IMG/VR virus record: IMGVR_UViG_3300020185_004577
Location: 1 to 64,000 of that record
From: a virus
Reading direction: 5' to 3' (one strand)
Length of the DNA: 64,000 nucleotides
Positions 19,514 to 29,253 of this stretch are shown in pieces. The notes under the pieces were generated by a model. It did no database searches. It saw only the letters and a list, made by a program, of their open reading frames with translations, and was not told the DNA's origin. A program made the position numbers and the translations under genes. The first letter of the stretch is position 1, and each line of letters starts with the position of its first letter.

Positions 19514-20578
19514 TTATTTATTTAAATTTATTTTTTTTTTTGTTTTGTAAAACTGTTTTTGCTCTAACAAATGTAAACATTCTTCTGGGACTATGTACTT
19601 CAGTTTGTCAATCCCATTTTCCTCTCTTAAAATTTGCCTTACCTTAGAAGAGGATATATTTGTCTCTAGCAATCCTTCTATCTTTTTTATATTTTTGTTG
19701 ATAGACTCAAATCTAACAACTTTATTTATATCATTCATATGAGCACCACCTCTTTCATAGTAAAATATAGGAAAATTATCTTCTATGTATTGTGAAGACT
19801 TTAAATTACCTATATCATACAAGTAATCTGCGCCCATAATTAAAGAAAATTTGTAATCTTTATATTTTGCACTTATCTTTAGTAGAGATTCAGCAACAGA
19901 ATTATTTTCATCGTTTTTATAATCCAATTTTGCTAATTTAAAATAAGGATTATCAAGTATAGCATTTTTCAAAAGTAAAATTCTACTTTTTAAACTTAAC
20001 AACTCTTCACTCTTGTGATTCAAGTCATATCCTTCGTCAGAAAATAAAAACCAAACTTCATCAAAGTTATAACTATTGACAACTGTATTTGCAACAATTA
20101 AATGAGCATTATGTACTGGGTTAAATGAACCTATAAATAGACCTATATTAGATGTTTTTTTGCTATTTTTATTACTTAAGCCCTTTATCATTACTATGTC
20201 CCTTTCTAGTTGCTGCAATATTTTAGCCTTTTTTTGCTTTAAATCCCTTATGGAATAAGATGCTTTATTTGAAACTAATTTGCTTACTAGAAATTTAGAA
20301 TTTATATTGTTAAATTTCTCAATATACTTTTTGTTAGACTCATATAATTCATCATGCTTTTTAATTGAACTTATTATCGTAGCATGGTCTCTTCCTCCCA
20401 AAATGTTTCCAATATCACGCAAGCTAACTTTAAAGTTAGACTTTATTATAACTGCAAAAACTCTTCTAGCATCAGCATAATCTGGCTTTCTGCTTTTTGA
20501 AATAACATCCTCTTTGGAAAGCCCAGTTTCTTTTGCAATTATGGAAAATAATAAATTTTTCTCTTTATTTGTAAGCAT
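19514..20578 (-). CDS. Fusion: DnaA domain IV-like HTH plus NadD/NMNAT-like nucleotidyltransferase
   Basis: N-terminal SKSRK..ARR..SLRDIGNILGGRDHATII; C-terminal GLFIGSFNPVHNAH, LIMGAD, ISSSKVR. Confidence 0.85.
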   Translation of the reverse strand: MLTNKEKNLLFSIIAKETGLSKEDVISKSRKPDYADARRVFAVIIKSNFKVSLRDIGNILGGRDHATIISSIKKHDELYESNKKYIEKFNNINSKFLVSKLVSNKASYSIRDLKQKKAKILQQLERDIVMIKGLSNKNSKKTSNIGLFIGSFNPVHNAHLIVANTVVNSYNFDEVWFLFSDEGYDLNHKSEELLSLKSRILLLKNAILDNPYFKLAKLDYKNDENNSVAESLLKISAKYKDYKFSLIMGADYLYDIGNLKSSQYIEDNFPIFYYERGGAHMNDINKVVRFESINKNIKKIEGLLETNISSSKVRQILREENGIDKLKYIVPEECLHLLEQKQFYKTKKKINLNK

Positions 20579-20639
20579 TTATTTTTTGTTAATTGAGCTC
20601 CATACATAATGGTTTTCTCATTTTTTTATAATTAAACAA

Positions 20640-22151
20640 TTATAGGGAAACCACAAAAGTAAATGGTTTTTTAGAGTTTTGTTTATTAATTAACTCTCTA
20701 ATTTCACCAATTGTTGTTGTTTTGTAAAATTTACCATCTTTGTAGATAGTGCCCAAAAGACCACACCCCTCTTCTTCAACAGTACACTGGTCTTTTAGTT
20801 TAATTTTACCTTCAGAATCTTGATAAATATGCAAATAACCTTTAGCGGATTTTTTTACACCATCATCAGTTATTGGGTCTTTAAAAATATCTCTAGACTC
20901 GCCATTAACAACAACGTGAGTGGCTTTAACTGCGCCACCCTGGCTATCTCTAGTTGCATAGCCCATTGAATATGAGCCAATGCCTAACACAACATTTGTA
21001 GACGCAAAACCTTTAGCTTCTAGTCTCACACAAATATCTTCAGCCCTTTCTAAAGTTATACTGTCTCCGTATATTGCTCCAATATGAGAGTCTAAAACCT
21101 TATAACCTTGAGAGTTGATAGTTCCTCCAAAAACATCCCAAAGAAGCTCAATAACACCTTTTGAAACAGCTTCTTCAACAGAAGTTGTAGCATCGTCTGT
21201 ATAAAACAAATCAATACCACACAATATGTCAACAGGGTCTCCAGAATCAGGCCTAATAACTAACTTACCATCCCTATTCAAAATATCATCTTTAAGCTCG
21301 GTAATAAACTCGGTACAAACTTTCCACAAATCAAAAGAATCAGAAACAACTGAAAGTATACCAGTTGGATATTGCTTCATCAACCTTCTAAATGCGTTAA
21401 TTTCATCTTCTTGTCCATATGCAGTCATTACTGCATGCTCAGAAGCTGGCACACTGAAGCCTATGTCTTTTGAATTGTAATAATGTTCTGCCGCTTGCAA
21501 GCAAGGTATGGTGTCTGTTCCACAAAAAGATGTTAAAAAACCTAAACCAGAACTAATTGCAGACTCTGGGTGCTGCATTCCTCTAAATGAAAAATCATGA
21601 CCTTGAAAATCAACAAAAGCTAAATTTTCAGCATCAGTTTTCATAGCGTGTTTTACCAATATTTGCTTATAAGCATAAGCCAAGGATGCTGAATGCAATG
21701 GTTTCCACAATAAAGAAGAAATCATAGTTTCTAAAAAGTTAGGTAACCAAAAAAAGTCTTTATGCGTGTTTTTTACAGTGAAAAATGGGACTTTTTCATC
21801 TATCACAGTTCCTTCTGGCAAAGACTTTACTTGTATAGGTAAATATCCCAAATCATGTAATGATTCAAAGTGAGAAACATCATAATCTGAGCCCAAGTAA
21901 GAAGAGAGAAAATCCTTAGCCTCTCCTACAACCTCACTTTTGGGTCTATTGAAGAAATTTTCATTATATAATTCTTCTATTTTTTGTATAGTATATTGAA
22001 CACCAAAAACAACTACTTTTTTAGCCTGTTCAGGCATGTATTTTACACTTCTAGGAGTAAAGTTTGAATAGACTTCTGTGGTTCCCTCTGGATACATTCT
22101 ATGGTGACTAGTCTTGTAACCATCTGTCATTAATAGTGGATTATTTTTCAT
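20640..22151 (-). CDS. Nicotinamide phosphoribosyltransferase family (NadV/Nampt or Namat)
   Basis: TDGYKTSH, HDFSFRG, SVPASEHAVM, SVVSDSFD, VIRPDSGDP, IYGDSIT, KDPITDDGVKKSAKG. Confidence 0.95.
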   Translation of the reverse strand: MKNNPLLMTDGYKTSHHRMYPEGTTEVYSNFTPRSVKYMPEQAKKVVVFGVQYTIQKIEELYNENFFNRPKSEVVGEAKDFLSSYLGSDYDVSHFESLHDLGYLPIQVKSLPEGTVIDEKVPFFTVKNTHKDFFWLPNFLETMISSLLWKPLHSASLAYAYKQILVKHAMKTDAENLAFVDFQGHDFSFRGMQHPESAISSGLGFLTSFCGTDTIPCLQAAEHYYNSKDIGFSVPASEHAVMTAYGQEDEINAFRRLMKQYPTGILSVVSDSFDLWKVCTEFITELKDDILNRDGKLVIRPDSGDPVDILCGIDLFYTDDATTSVEEAVSKGVIELLWDVFGGTINSQGYKVLDSHIGAIYGDSITLERAEDICVRLEAKGFASTNVVLGIGSYSMGYATRDSQGGAVKATHVVVNGESRDIFKDPITDDGVKKSAKGYLHIYQDSEGKIKLKDQCTVEEEGCGLLGTIYKDGKFYKTTTIGEIRELINKQNSKKPFTFVVSL

Positions 22152-22162
22152 TTTTATAGATT

Positions 22163-23077
22163 TTAATTATTATTATTTTTTATCTTAGGTAAATTGCCTT
22201 TTCCAATTATGAATATATCATATTGATTTAATTGATTATGCAATGGAAACTGATTAACACTATTTGTTGTATATATTTCATCTATGTGTTCAAAAATTGT
22301 ATCAAGCCCTTTAGAGAATATTCCATGCGTGATAACTAAAGCTATTTTTGAGTTTTTGCCATAATCTCTTCTGATAACTTTAGCTAATTCTATAAAAGTT
22401 CTACCTCCATCACATATATCGTCCACTATTACAAATGTTTTATTTTCTGCATTATCAACCTCGCCACTAATTGATGTGTGAGTGATGTTGCCTTTTAGGT
22501 CTCTATTTTTAGAGCCTATTATCATATTCTTAATGTCAAATTTTTGTTGTATTTTGAAAACCTTTTTAAGCGCTCCAGCATCAGGCGATACTAATACTAT
22601 TCCATCTTTAGCATTGTCAATATTTCTTAAAGCTTGATTAAATAAATATTGATTATCTCTAGATTCAAAGTTATTTATACAAGCCTCCAAAACATCTGAA
22701 TGTGGGTCTAAGACTGTAACTTTTTCAAAGTTTTGTGAATTAAGTATTGGTGCTATAACTGTTTTAATATAATTGATTCCACCCTCTTCAAACTTTCTAT
22801 CACTTCTACCACCAATACAATAAGGTATATATAATCTAACTTTTTTTACGCCAATTTCTTTTAAACACTGATTGGCACACACAATTAACTCTAAGTCCTT
22901 AAAACTGTTTAGTCTTGATTTAATTGTAATACCTTGGCTGTTGTTTTTTAGAGAATCAAAAGTAGAATATCCTTTCTCAACAATTTTAAGAGTTTGTTGT
23001 CCGTCTGGGAATTTTGAAATCTCATATCCACAAGAAAGTTGGTCATTTGAGTCTACTAAGTTTAATGTTTCAGCCAT
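22163..23077 (-). CDS. PRPP synthetase-like protein (Prs or Adps)
   Basis: FPDGQ, PY..GRSDR, DPHS, VSPDAGA, IVDDICDGGRTF, THGIFSKG. Confidence 0.93.
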   Translation of the reverse strand: MAETLNLVDSNDQLSCGYEISKFPDGQQTLKIVEKGYSTFDSLKNNSQGITIKSRLNSFKDLELIVCANQCLKEIGVKKVRLYIPYCIGGRSDRKFEEGGINYIKTVIAPILNSQNFEKVTVLDPHSDVLEACINNFESRDNQYLFNQALRNIDNAKDGIVLVSPDAGALKKVFKIQQKFDIKNMIIGSKNRDLKGNITHTSISGEVDNAENKTFVIVDDICDGGRTFIELAKVIRRDYGKNSKIALVITHGIFSKGLDTIFEHIDEIYTTNSVNQFPLHNQLNQYDIFIIGKGNLPKIKNNNN

Positions 23078-23157
23078 AATTGTTTTATATACTCAAATTT
23101 AAAGATAAATTAAAAGAATAGCAAATATGAATTCGCTATTTTCTTTGTTTTTATAGT

Positions 23158-23184
23158 AACGAAAAAATATTAAAAAAATTACAA
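23158..23184 (-). promoter_or_regulatory. ECF-like promoter motif TTGTAAT-N16-CGTT (also 28397-28423 and 57966-57992)
   Basis: Three intergenic copies with identical spacing. Confidence 0.55.
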
Positions 23185-23200
23185 CAAGCTATTTATTTAT

Positions 23201-23563
23201 ATGGAATTAAATTATTTATATCATTACAAAGCAAAAGTCATAGATGTTTATGATGGAGACACTGTTAGACTTGAAGTTCAACTTGGTTTCGGACTTACAT
23301 GGAGAGGTGTGGATAACAAAGGGTTGAAAATTAGGCTATTTGGAATAGACACTCCAGAAGTTAGAGGTAAAGAAAGGCCAGAAGGACTTATTTCTAGAGA
23401 TAGATTAAGAGAGCAAATACTAGGAAAACACATAACCCTTAAAACAATAAGAGATAAAACTGGTAAATATGGTAGATATTTAGGAGTCCTAATAAAAGAA
23501 GATGGAACCAATATGAACGAATGGCTAATTTCTGAAGGTTTGGCAGAAAGAAGAGAGTATTAA
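23201..23563 (+). CDS. Thermonuclease (SNase-like) family protein
   Basis: VYDGDTV, IRLFGIDTPE, GKYGRYLG. Confidence 0.92.
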   Translation: MELNYLYHYKAKVIDVYDGDTVRLEVQLGFGLTWRGVDNKGLKIRLFGIDTPEVRGKERPEGLISRDRLREQILGKHITLKTIRDKTGKYGRYLGVLIKEDGTNMNEWLISEGLAERREY

Positions 23564-25023
23564 ATCTGTAGCAACATATAGTACAGCTTTTTCTTAGGTC
23601 TTGACACTGCTACATAATGAACATTTTTTTCTTCTTGATACCCATCCATACCAGGATAAAAAGTGTAATACTCTTTTTTATCATCTGGTATCTCTATGCC
23701 ATTTCTTTTTATTAAAGATTCTGGTATTGAATTAACTACAACACAAGTATGAAACTCTTTACCTTTGGACTTATGTATTGTGGTTACAAAGTTTTTGTTT
23801 TTTTTGTTTTCTTCTATAAAATTAATCAAATCCATAACACCCCCAGAAAAATTTTCTAAAACATAGTCTAATCGCTTACGTATTAATGGGTTTATATTTC
23901 CATTTTTTATGTCTTCAACATCTTTCTCTTTTAGGTAATTAAAGTATTTTAAAGGAACTTTTCTACTGAGTAGATTGAACTCTATTAATTTAACTATAAA
24001 ATTAGTCCTTGCTAGAATTACAACCTCATCTTCATTGTTAATTAATTCAACTAACCTATCGAAGTCTATGAATTTTTCATTTATTTCACCATCAAAAGTG
24101 TGAAAAGATTTTGCGTCTAAACTTGAAAATTCATTAGAATTTGCAATTATTTGTTTAGCGCTTCTAAAATTAGTAGTCAAACTCATTTTTTCAACCTTTC
24201 TCCTTTTTTCTAAAATGTCTTCAATAGCCATACAGTTGCTGCCGCTATATCCATATATAGATTGGTTTAAGTCGCCAACCAGATAATACTTTTTAGCATT
24301 TAACTTCATGAGTATATCCATTTGAATAGTGCTAGTGTCTTGATATTCATCCAGAAAAAGGTAGTCATATTTGTCTTTAAACATTTTCAACCACTTGTTT
24401 TCTTTTAGTAAGTTTCTTACATCTAGCAATATATCAGAAAAGTCTCTTTTTCTTTTTTCTCTTAAGTACTTTGAATACTGAATGTAATAATCTGGTATCC
24501 TAACTTTTATTCCATCTGCTGTTTGTAATTTATATGATGAGATTTGAGAATCTAAAAAATCAGCATCATCATAGAGGTTTGAAATAATTTTATCAAATTT
24601 CAAACTCTCTTTTTGAGACGATTTGTAACTGGGTTTATTTGTATCTTTATACCAATCTATAAATTCATAAAAATTAGTAACCTTCTTAAACTTGCCCATT
24701 CTATGTAGCATCCAAAAACAAAATGAATGTATTGTAGTTATTTTTATATCTTTGTTGTTTACCCTCTCTTTTAACTCATCTACCGCAGCATTTGTAAAAC
24801 TAAAAAATATAATCCTTTTAGGGTCTACTCCTTTTTTTAAAAGAAATTTCAACCTCTGAACACAACAGAAAGACTTACCACTTCCAGCAGTAGAGGAAAC
24901 TATAACAGACTTTTTACCTTCATATAGAACAAATTGTTTTTGCTCTTCTGTTAAGCTAGATAAAATATCGTTATCTTCTTTTTCTTGAAAAGCGTCTAAT
25001 TGTAATTTTGAAACCTTACTCAT
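23560..25023 (-). CDS. UvrD/Rep-family SF1 helicase, compact
   Basis: AGSGKS, FTNAA, DEYQD, VGDLNQSIYGY, NFRS, TIHKSKGKEF, YVAVSR. Confidence 0.93.
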   Translation of the reverse strand: MSKVSKLQLDAFQEKEDNDILSSLTEEQKQFVLYEGKKSVIVSSTAGSGKSFCCVQRLKFLLKKGVDPKRIIFFSFTNAAVDELKERVNNKDIKITTIHSFCFWMLHRMGKFKKVTNFYEFIDWYKDTNKPSYKSSQKESLKFDKIISNLYDDADFLDSQISSYKLQTADGIKVRIPDYYIQYSKYLREKRKRDFSDILLDVRNLLKENKWLKMFKDKYDYLFLDEYQDTSTIQMDILMKLNAKKYYLVGDLNQSIYGYSGSNCMAIEDILEKRRKVEKMSLTTNFRSAKQIIANSNEFSSLDAKSFHTFDGEINEKFIDFDRLVELINNEDEVVILARTNFIVKLIEFNLLSRKVPLKYFNYLKEKDVEDIKNGNINPLIRKRLDYVLENFSGGVMDLINFIEENKKNKNFVTTIHKSKGKEFHTCVVVNSIPESLIKRNGIEIPDDKKEYYTFYPGMDGYQEEKNVHYVAVSRPKKKLYYMLLQI

Positions 25024-25492
25024 TCCTAACGTTAATTATACCACCTTTTTTATTTTTTTTACACCACAAAAGTAAAAAATCATCTGACAAACCTCTCATA
25101 TTATTTTTCTCCAAAATTAAACCTCTGCCTTTTTTGAATATACATTTACCTGTAAGGTTAATGTCTAAAAACCCCCTTAATTTTCCAACGGGGTACAATT
25201 CAACACCACCAACATTATTAGAACCGAACATCTTTGTGGACTCATTAAAATGAAACTGATTTCCTAAAATTTCACAAATGAACATACTACTTGATATGGC
25301 TGAAACATCAGGTCTGAAATCTGTGTCAGACGATATTCTAAAATAAAGTCTATTAATAGTTGTCATAAAAGTTCTATTCCATTCCAATCTACTAGCATAA
25401 GGAGTTATGTTTCTAGGTTGTGCAAAGTCATAAGAATACCAATTTTCTTCAAATAAAACTTTACAAATATTATTATTGTAGCTTGGGCTCAT
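25016..25492 (-). CDS. Hypothetical protein, possibly a major-capsid-protein-derived fragment
   Basis: 158 aa; EWNRTFMTTINR and VGKLRG resemble a segment of T4-like gp23 homologues (recalled, unverified). Confidence 0.45.
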   Translation of the reverse strand: MSPSYNNNICKVLFEENWYSYDFAQPRNITPYASRLEWNRTFMTTINRLYFRISSDTDFRPDVSAISSSMFICEILGNQFHFNESTKMFGSNNVGGVELYPVGKLRGFLDINLTGKCIFKKGRGLILEKNNMRGLSDDFLLLWCKKNKKGGIINVRNE

Positions 25493-26306
25493 TTTGTGTT
25501 GCTCTACTTTTCTCCATTATTTTTTCTAAAACTTTTTTTGTGTCAGTTGAAAAGTCTGACTTCATAAACCAAGTGTAATATCCTGGGTTGTGTTTTAAAA
25601 CATCAGATACCGATTGGTCTTGGTATTTTCCAAAATTAAATACAGGAACATCGTTGTCGTTTAAAACAATCCTTCCAGAGTAATCTAACTGCCCTTTGAA
25701 GTTTGTAAAATCATGTAGTTTAGACATATCATTTACAATAGGTCTTTCCTCTATAGTTCCATCAGAATCTTCGTAATTAGAATCTTTGTAGTAATCCAAT
25801 TGGCTTTCTAATATTTCAGCAGTAGCCCTAATATCATTCATAGCATCATGAGCACCTTCTAAATTTTTATTACAATAAAACTTATATGCCGCCTTCAGAT
25901 TTCTAGGTTCCATTTTTTGAAATATCTTCCACACGTCAATAGAGCGTCTATCATTCATGTCAAAATCAGAACCAACTCTATAGAACTCCTCTATCAACAA
26001 AGGTACATCAAATCTATTACTGTTAAAACCACACAAATCCGCATCACCTATAAATGCTTTTATACCTTTCGATATTTGCTTAAAAGTTGGTGCATCTTTA
26101 ACCATCTCATTTGTTATTCCATGAACAGCAGTAGCTTCTTCAGGGATGGGTATCATCGGATTTACCAGTCTATTTTTTTCTTCCTTTTCTCTTCCATCAG
26201 CGTAGTATTTAACAATTCCTATCTGAACTATTCTATCATTCGAAACACTAACACCTGTTGTTTCTAAATCAAAAAATACTAAATCTTTATTTAATTTTAA
26301 ATTCAT
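25473..26306 (-). CDS. DEDDh 3'-5' exonuclease (DnaQ/epsilon-like)
   Basis: FFDLETTG, FNSNRFD, AHDAMND, C-terminal FNFGKY. Confidence 0.93.
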   Translation of the reverse strand: MNLKLNKDLVFFDLETTGVSVSNDRIVQIGIVKYYADGREKEEKNRLVNPMIPIPEEATAVHGITNEMVKDAPTFKQISKGIKAFIGDADLCGFNSNRFDVPLLIEEFYRVGSDFDMNDRRSIDVWKIFQKMEPRNLKAAYKFYCNKNLEGAHDAMNDIRATAEILESQLDYYKDSNYEDSDGTIEERPIVNDMSKLHDFTNFKGQLDYSGRIVLNDNDVPVFNFGKYQDQSVSDVLKHNPGYYTWFMKSDFSTDTKKVLEKIMEKSRATQNEPKLQ

Positions 26307-26310
26307 AAGT

Positions 26311-26499
26311 TTATATTTTTTTTAAATTATCTTTATTGGCCCAAAATACTCTTTTAACTTTAACGTTGGACTCGTGTACTGTCTCTAATTTAATCATATT
26401 ATGCGACAAATCTTGTTCTAACTCTCTTAAAATCACATTTTTAGATATTGAATTTCCGTCTTCAAAAAAAATTTCTTTTTTTAATTTATATTTTGACAT
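26311..26499 (-). CDS. Small hypothetical protein
   Basis: 62-aa ORF tightly packed in the operon. Confidence 0.65.
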   Translation of the reverse strand: MSKYKLKKEIFFEDGNSISKNVILRELEQDLSHNMIKLETVHESNVKVKRVFWANKDNLKKI

Positions 26500-26503
26500 A
26501 ATT

Positions 26504-27370
26504 TTAACTCAAATGTTGCTTTAATATATTACTTCTACTCCTATGTCTCAAAACCTTTATGGCAGAATCTTTTATTTGACGAACTCTCTCTCTTGTTAAT
26601 CCAAAATATTCACCCACTTCTTCGAGTGTCATCTTTGGATATCCCATTATTCCGTAATACATACAAACAACCTCTCTCTGTCTAGGCTGTATTGTTTTAA
26701 GTGTTGAAGATAAATCTTGATGTAAAGAGTCTGAGGCCACACTTATATCCACATCATTCATCTCTCCTTCTGAAATTTTATCATACAAACTATAACCTTC
26801 ATCATCAGTTGACAGAGGAGCGTCTAAAGATGCTTGAGGCTGCGAGGAACGTAATAATCTAGATATTTTCACTACATCCTCTTGCATTATTTCAGCTATC
26901 TCTTCCTCTGTAGGCTCTCTTTGATTTCTTTGTTCAAAATCTCTAGACTCTTGCTTTAACTTATAATAAGTACTGATTTGATTTGTAGGAAGCCTAACCA
27001 TTCTAGAATTATTTGCCAAAGCTTCTAGTATAGATTGTCTAATCCACCATACAGCATATGATATAAATTTAAAACCCCTTGTTTGGTCAAATCTTTCGGC
27101 AGCCTTTATTAAGCCATAATTACCTTCATTTACTAAATCTTCAAAATTTATACCCTTACCCTGATATTGTTTTGCAACACTTATAACAAATCTTAAATTG
27201 CCAGTAATTAACTTTTCTCTAGACCTTATATTACCTGCTTGTGACTCGATGGCTAACTTATGCTCTTCTTCTTCTGTTAGTTGTTTGATTTTATTTATTT
27301 CATTTAAATATGACTTTATGGAATCAGAATCTCTATTCGTTATTTTATTAGTTATTTTCAGTTGCCTCAT
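26504..27370 (-). CDS. RNA polymerase sigma70 factor, Bacteroidota RpoD/SigA-like (paralog 2)
   Basis: MRQLKI start, NLRFVISVAKQY, DLVNEGN, FISYAVWWIRQ, SLDAP, LTRERVRQI. Confidence 0.95.
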   Translation of the reverse strand: MRQLKITNKITNRDSDSIKSYLNEINKIKQLTEEEEHKLAIESQAGNIRSREKLITGNLRFVISVAKQYQGKGINFEDLVNEGNYGLIKAAERFDQTRGFKFISYAVWWIRQSILEALANNSRMVRLPTNQISTYYKLKQESRDFEQRNQREPTEEEIAEIMQEDVVKISRLLRSSQPQASLDAPLSTDDEGYSLYDKISEGEMNDVDISVASDSLHQDLSSTLKTIQPRQREVVCMYYGIMGYPKMTLEEVGEYFGLTRERVRQIKDSAIKVLRHRSRSNILKQHLS

Positions 27371-27450
27371 TTTAAAATTTTATTTAATTAAATTAGTTCC
27401 ATTGTTAGATTTTTACGATTAAACAAATATAAGAATTATTTTAAAGAACA

Positions 27451-27482
27451 AAAAAAAATACCACACAAAAGCGTGGTATTAA
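27451..27482 (-). terminator. Intrinsic terminator between the two sigma genes
   Basis: aataccac...gtggtatt stem with a U-tract on the minus strand. Confidence 0.75.
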
Positions 27483-27502
27483 TACTTTAAAAAGACTTTA
27501 TT

Positions 27503-28366
27503 TTATAGATATTTTATGAGCAAATCTTTTGTTGAAGTGTTTTCTAACAACTTTTTCTCAGCCTTTCTTGCAATTTGCCTAATCCTCTCATTGCTATACC
27601 CTAGTTTTCTAGCAATTTCCTCTTTAGAATGCGCTTGACAATCTATGCCATAAGTGTACCTAATGACTAAAGTTTCATTGTTCGTAAGTATTTCAAATGC
27701 TCTGTACATATCTTGTTTTAAAGAATCGTCTAACAATGAAGAGTCTGGCTTGCCCAAGCTATCATCTTCTATTAAATTCACTAAAGTTGAAGAGTTTTCA
27801 TCAGAACCTACTTTTGCATCTAAAGATGAATGAAAAGAACTAGCTTGCTGTAGAAGCTTACCAGATTCAGCGTCTATATCCATATATTCACAAACTTCGA
27901 ATTCTGTTGGCTCTCTTTCTAAAACTTGCTGCAAGTGCTGTACGGCTCTTATATATTTCCCAGCTTCTAAATTTTTATTAGAAGGAACTTTTATCATTCT
28001 CTTCTTTTCAGATATGGCTTGTATTATAGTTTGTCTAATCCACCAAACCGCAAAAGATATAAATTTAAAACCTCTAGTTCCATCGAATCTTTCGGCAGCC
28101 TTTATGAGTCCCAAATTACCTTCATTTATCAAATCGGCTAATGGCAATCCTGTATTTTGGTATTTTTTAGCAACACTAATTACGAATTTTAAATTTGATT
28201 GAACCAATTCTTTTAAAGCCTCTTCGTCACCTTCTTGAATCAATTTAGAAAGCTCAAATTCTCTTTCCGGGGTTATGGAATCAAATTTATTTACATCCGT
28301 AAAGTATTGTTCTATTGATTTTTCAGTTCTGTTTGTAAGGCTTTGTTGAATTTTTAATTGTCTCAT
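27503..28366 (-). CDS. RNA polymerase sigma70 factor, Bacteroidota RpoD/SigA-like (paralog 1)
   Basis: MRQLKI start, NLKFVISVAKKY, FISFAVWWIRQ, YSNERIRQI. Confidence 0.95.
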   Translation of the reverse strand: MRQLKIQQSLTNRTEKSIEQYFTDVNKFDSITPEREFELSKLIQEGDEEALKELVQSNLKFVISVAKKYQNTGLPLADLINEGNLGLIKAAERFDGTRGFKFISFAVWWIRQTIIQAISEKKRMIKVPSNKNLEAGKYIRAVQHLQQVLEREPTEFEVCEYMDIDAESGKLLQQASSFHSSLDAKVGSDENSSTLVNLIEDDSLGKPDSSLLDDSLKQDMYRAFEILTNNETLVIRYTYGIDCQAHSKEEIARKLGYSNERIRQIARKAEKKLLENTSTKDLLIKYL

Positions 28367-28423
28367 TTTCGTTTTTTTTTAAAGATTTATAACTTAAACG
28401 TAAAATGATAAAAAAAATTACAA

Positions 28424-29215
28424 TTATTTTGTTTTTTTTATTTTATTTATTCTATCTCTTATTTTTGCACAAAGCTCTAGATTATCTTTTTCTATAGCCC
28501 CTTCCATTACTTGTTGTAAAAATTTGAGGTCGTATATGTCGTCAATTTTGTTCTCTATTACACTTTCCAAGTTCATATAATTACCCTCTTCTCCATAAAT
28601 GTCTTCAAACTTTAGGCTGGAATACATTTGTTGAATAGGCATTTCCATAAAAGACAAGCTGCTTACTATACTGTCTATAATTTTATCCCTATCTTCATTT
28701 GGTATATTTAATATATTAGAAAAATTGAACATATTACTATTGTCAAAGTTTAGTTCCTTATTTTCATAATCAGAACACATTTTTTTGAAATTAATAGGAA
28801 GGTCGTCAAAATCAAACTTACAAGACACGCTATTAAGAGTGTTGTATATACTTATGTTTTTTTTAACACTCTTTGATGTTGCAACAATATAACACCCTGT
28901 AATATCATATAATAATCCTAAATTTTTAAAAAATGAAGGTTGAGAATTCTTTTTTCTAATGTGACTCATGAAAGATTCACTATTTTCTTTAGTTCCAAAC
29001 AATAAATTCATACTATTGGACTCATAATCTATACCCAACTTTTTGGACACATCTTTACAGTCTATAACAAGAAAATATTTTAAATTTTTAATACCTAACT
29101 TTGCTAAATTACCATCTGGGTTCTTTTTTATAAGCTTTTCTATCTTTTGCTTTATCATAGAAAATCTATTTAATACTTTAGCCTTTTCATAAGCTATTGG
29201 CTCAACTAATCTCAT
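28424..29215 (-). CDS. Hypothetical protein with C-terminal UVR (UvrB/C) motif
   Basis: MEGAIEKDNLELCAKIRDRINKIK. Confidence 0.7.
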   Translation of the reverse strand: MRLVEPIAYEKAKVLNRFSMIKQKIEKLIKKNPDGNLAKLGIKNLKYFLVIDCKDVSKKLGIDYESNSMNLLFGTKENSESFMSHIRKKNSQPSFFKNLGLLYDITGCYIVATSKSVKKNISIYNTLNSVSCKFDFDDLPINFKKMCSDYENKELNFDNSNMFNFSNILNIPNEDRDKIIDSIVSSLSFMEMPIQQMYSSLKFEDIYGEEGNYMNLESVIENKIDDIYDLKFLQQVMEGAIEKDNLELCAKIRDRINKIKKTK

Positions 29216-29253
29216 AAATTATTTGCTTATAAATAATATAATGTTTTTAAAAA

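Noticed and set aside
18474-23563. Methyltransferase plus nucleases (SNase, Vsr-like) as a restriction-modification system
   Set aside because: The genes are not linked and no cognate restriction enzyme is adjacent; an orphan protective methyltransferase is simpler.
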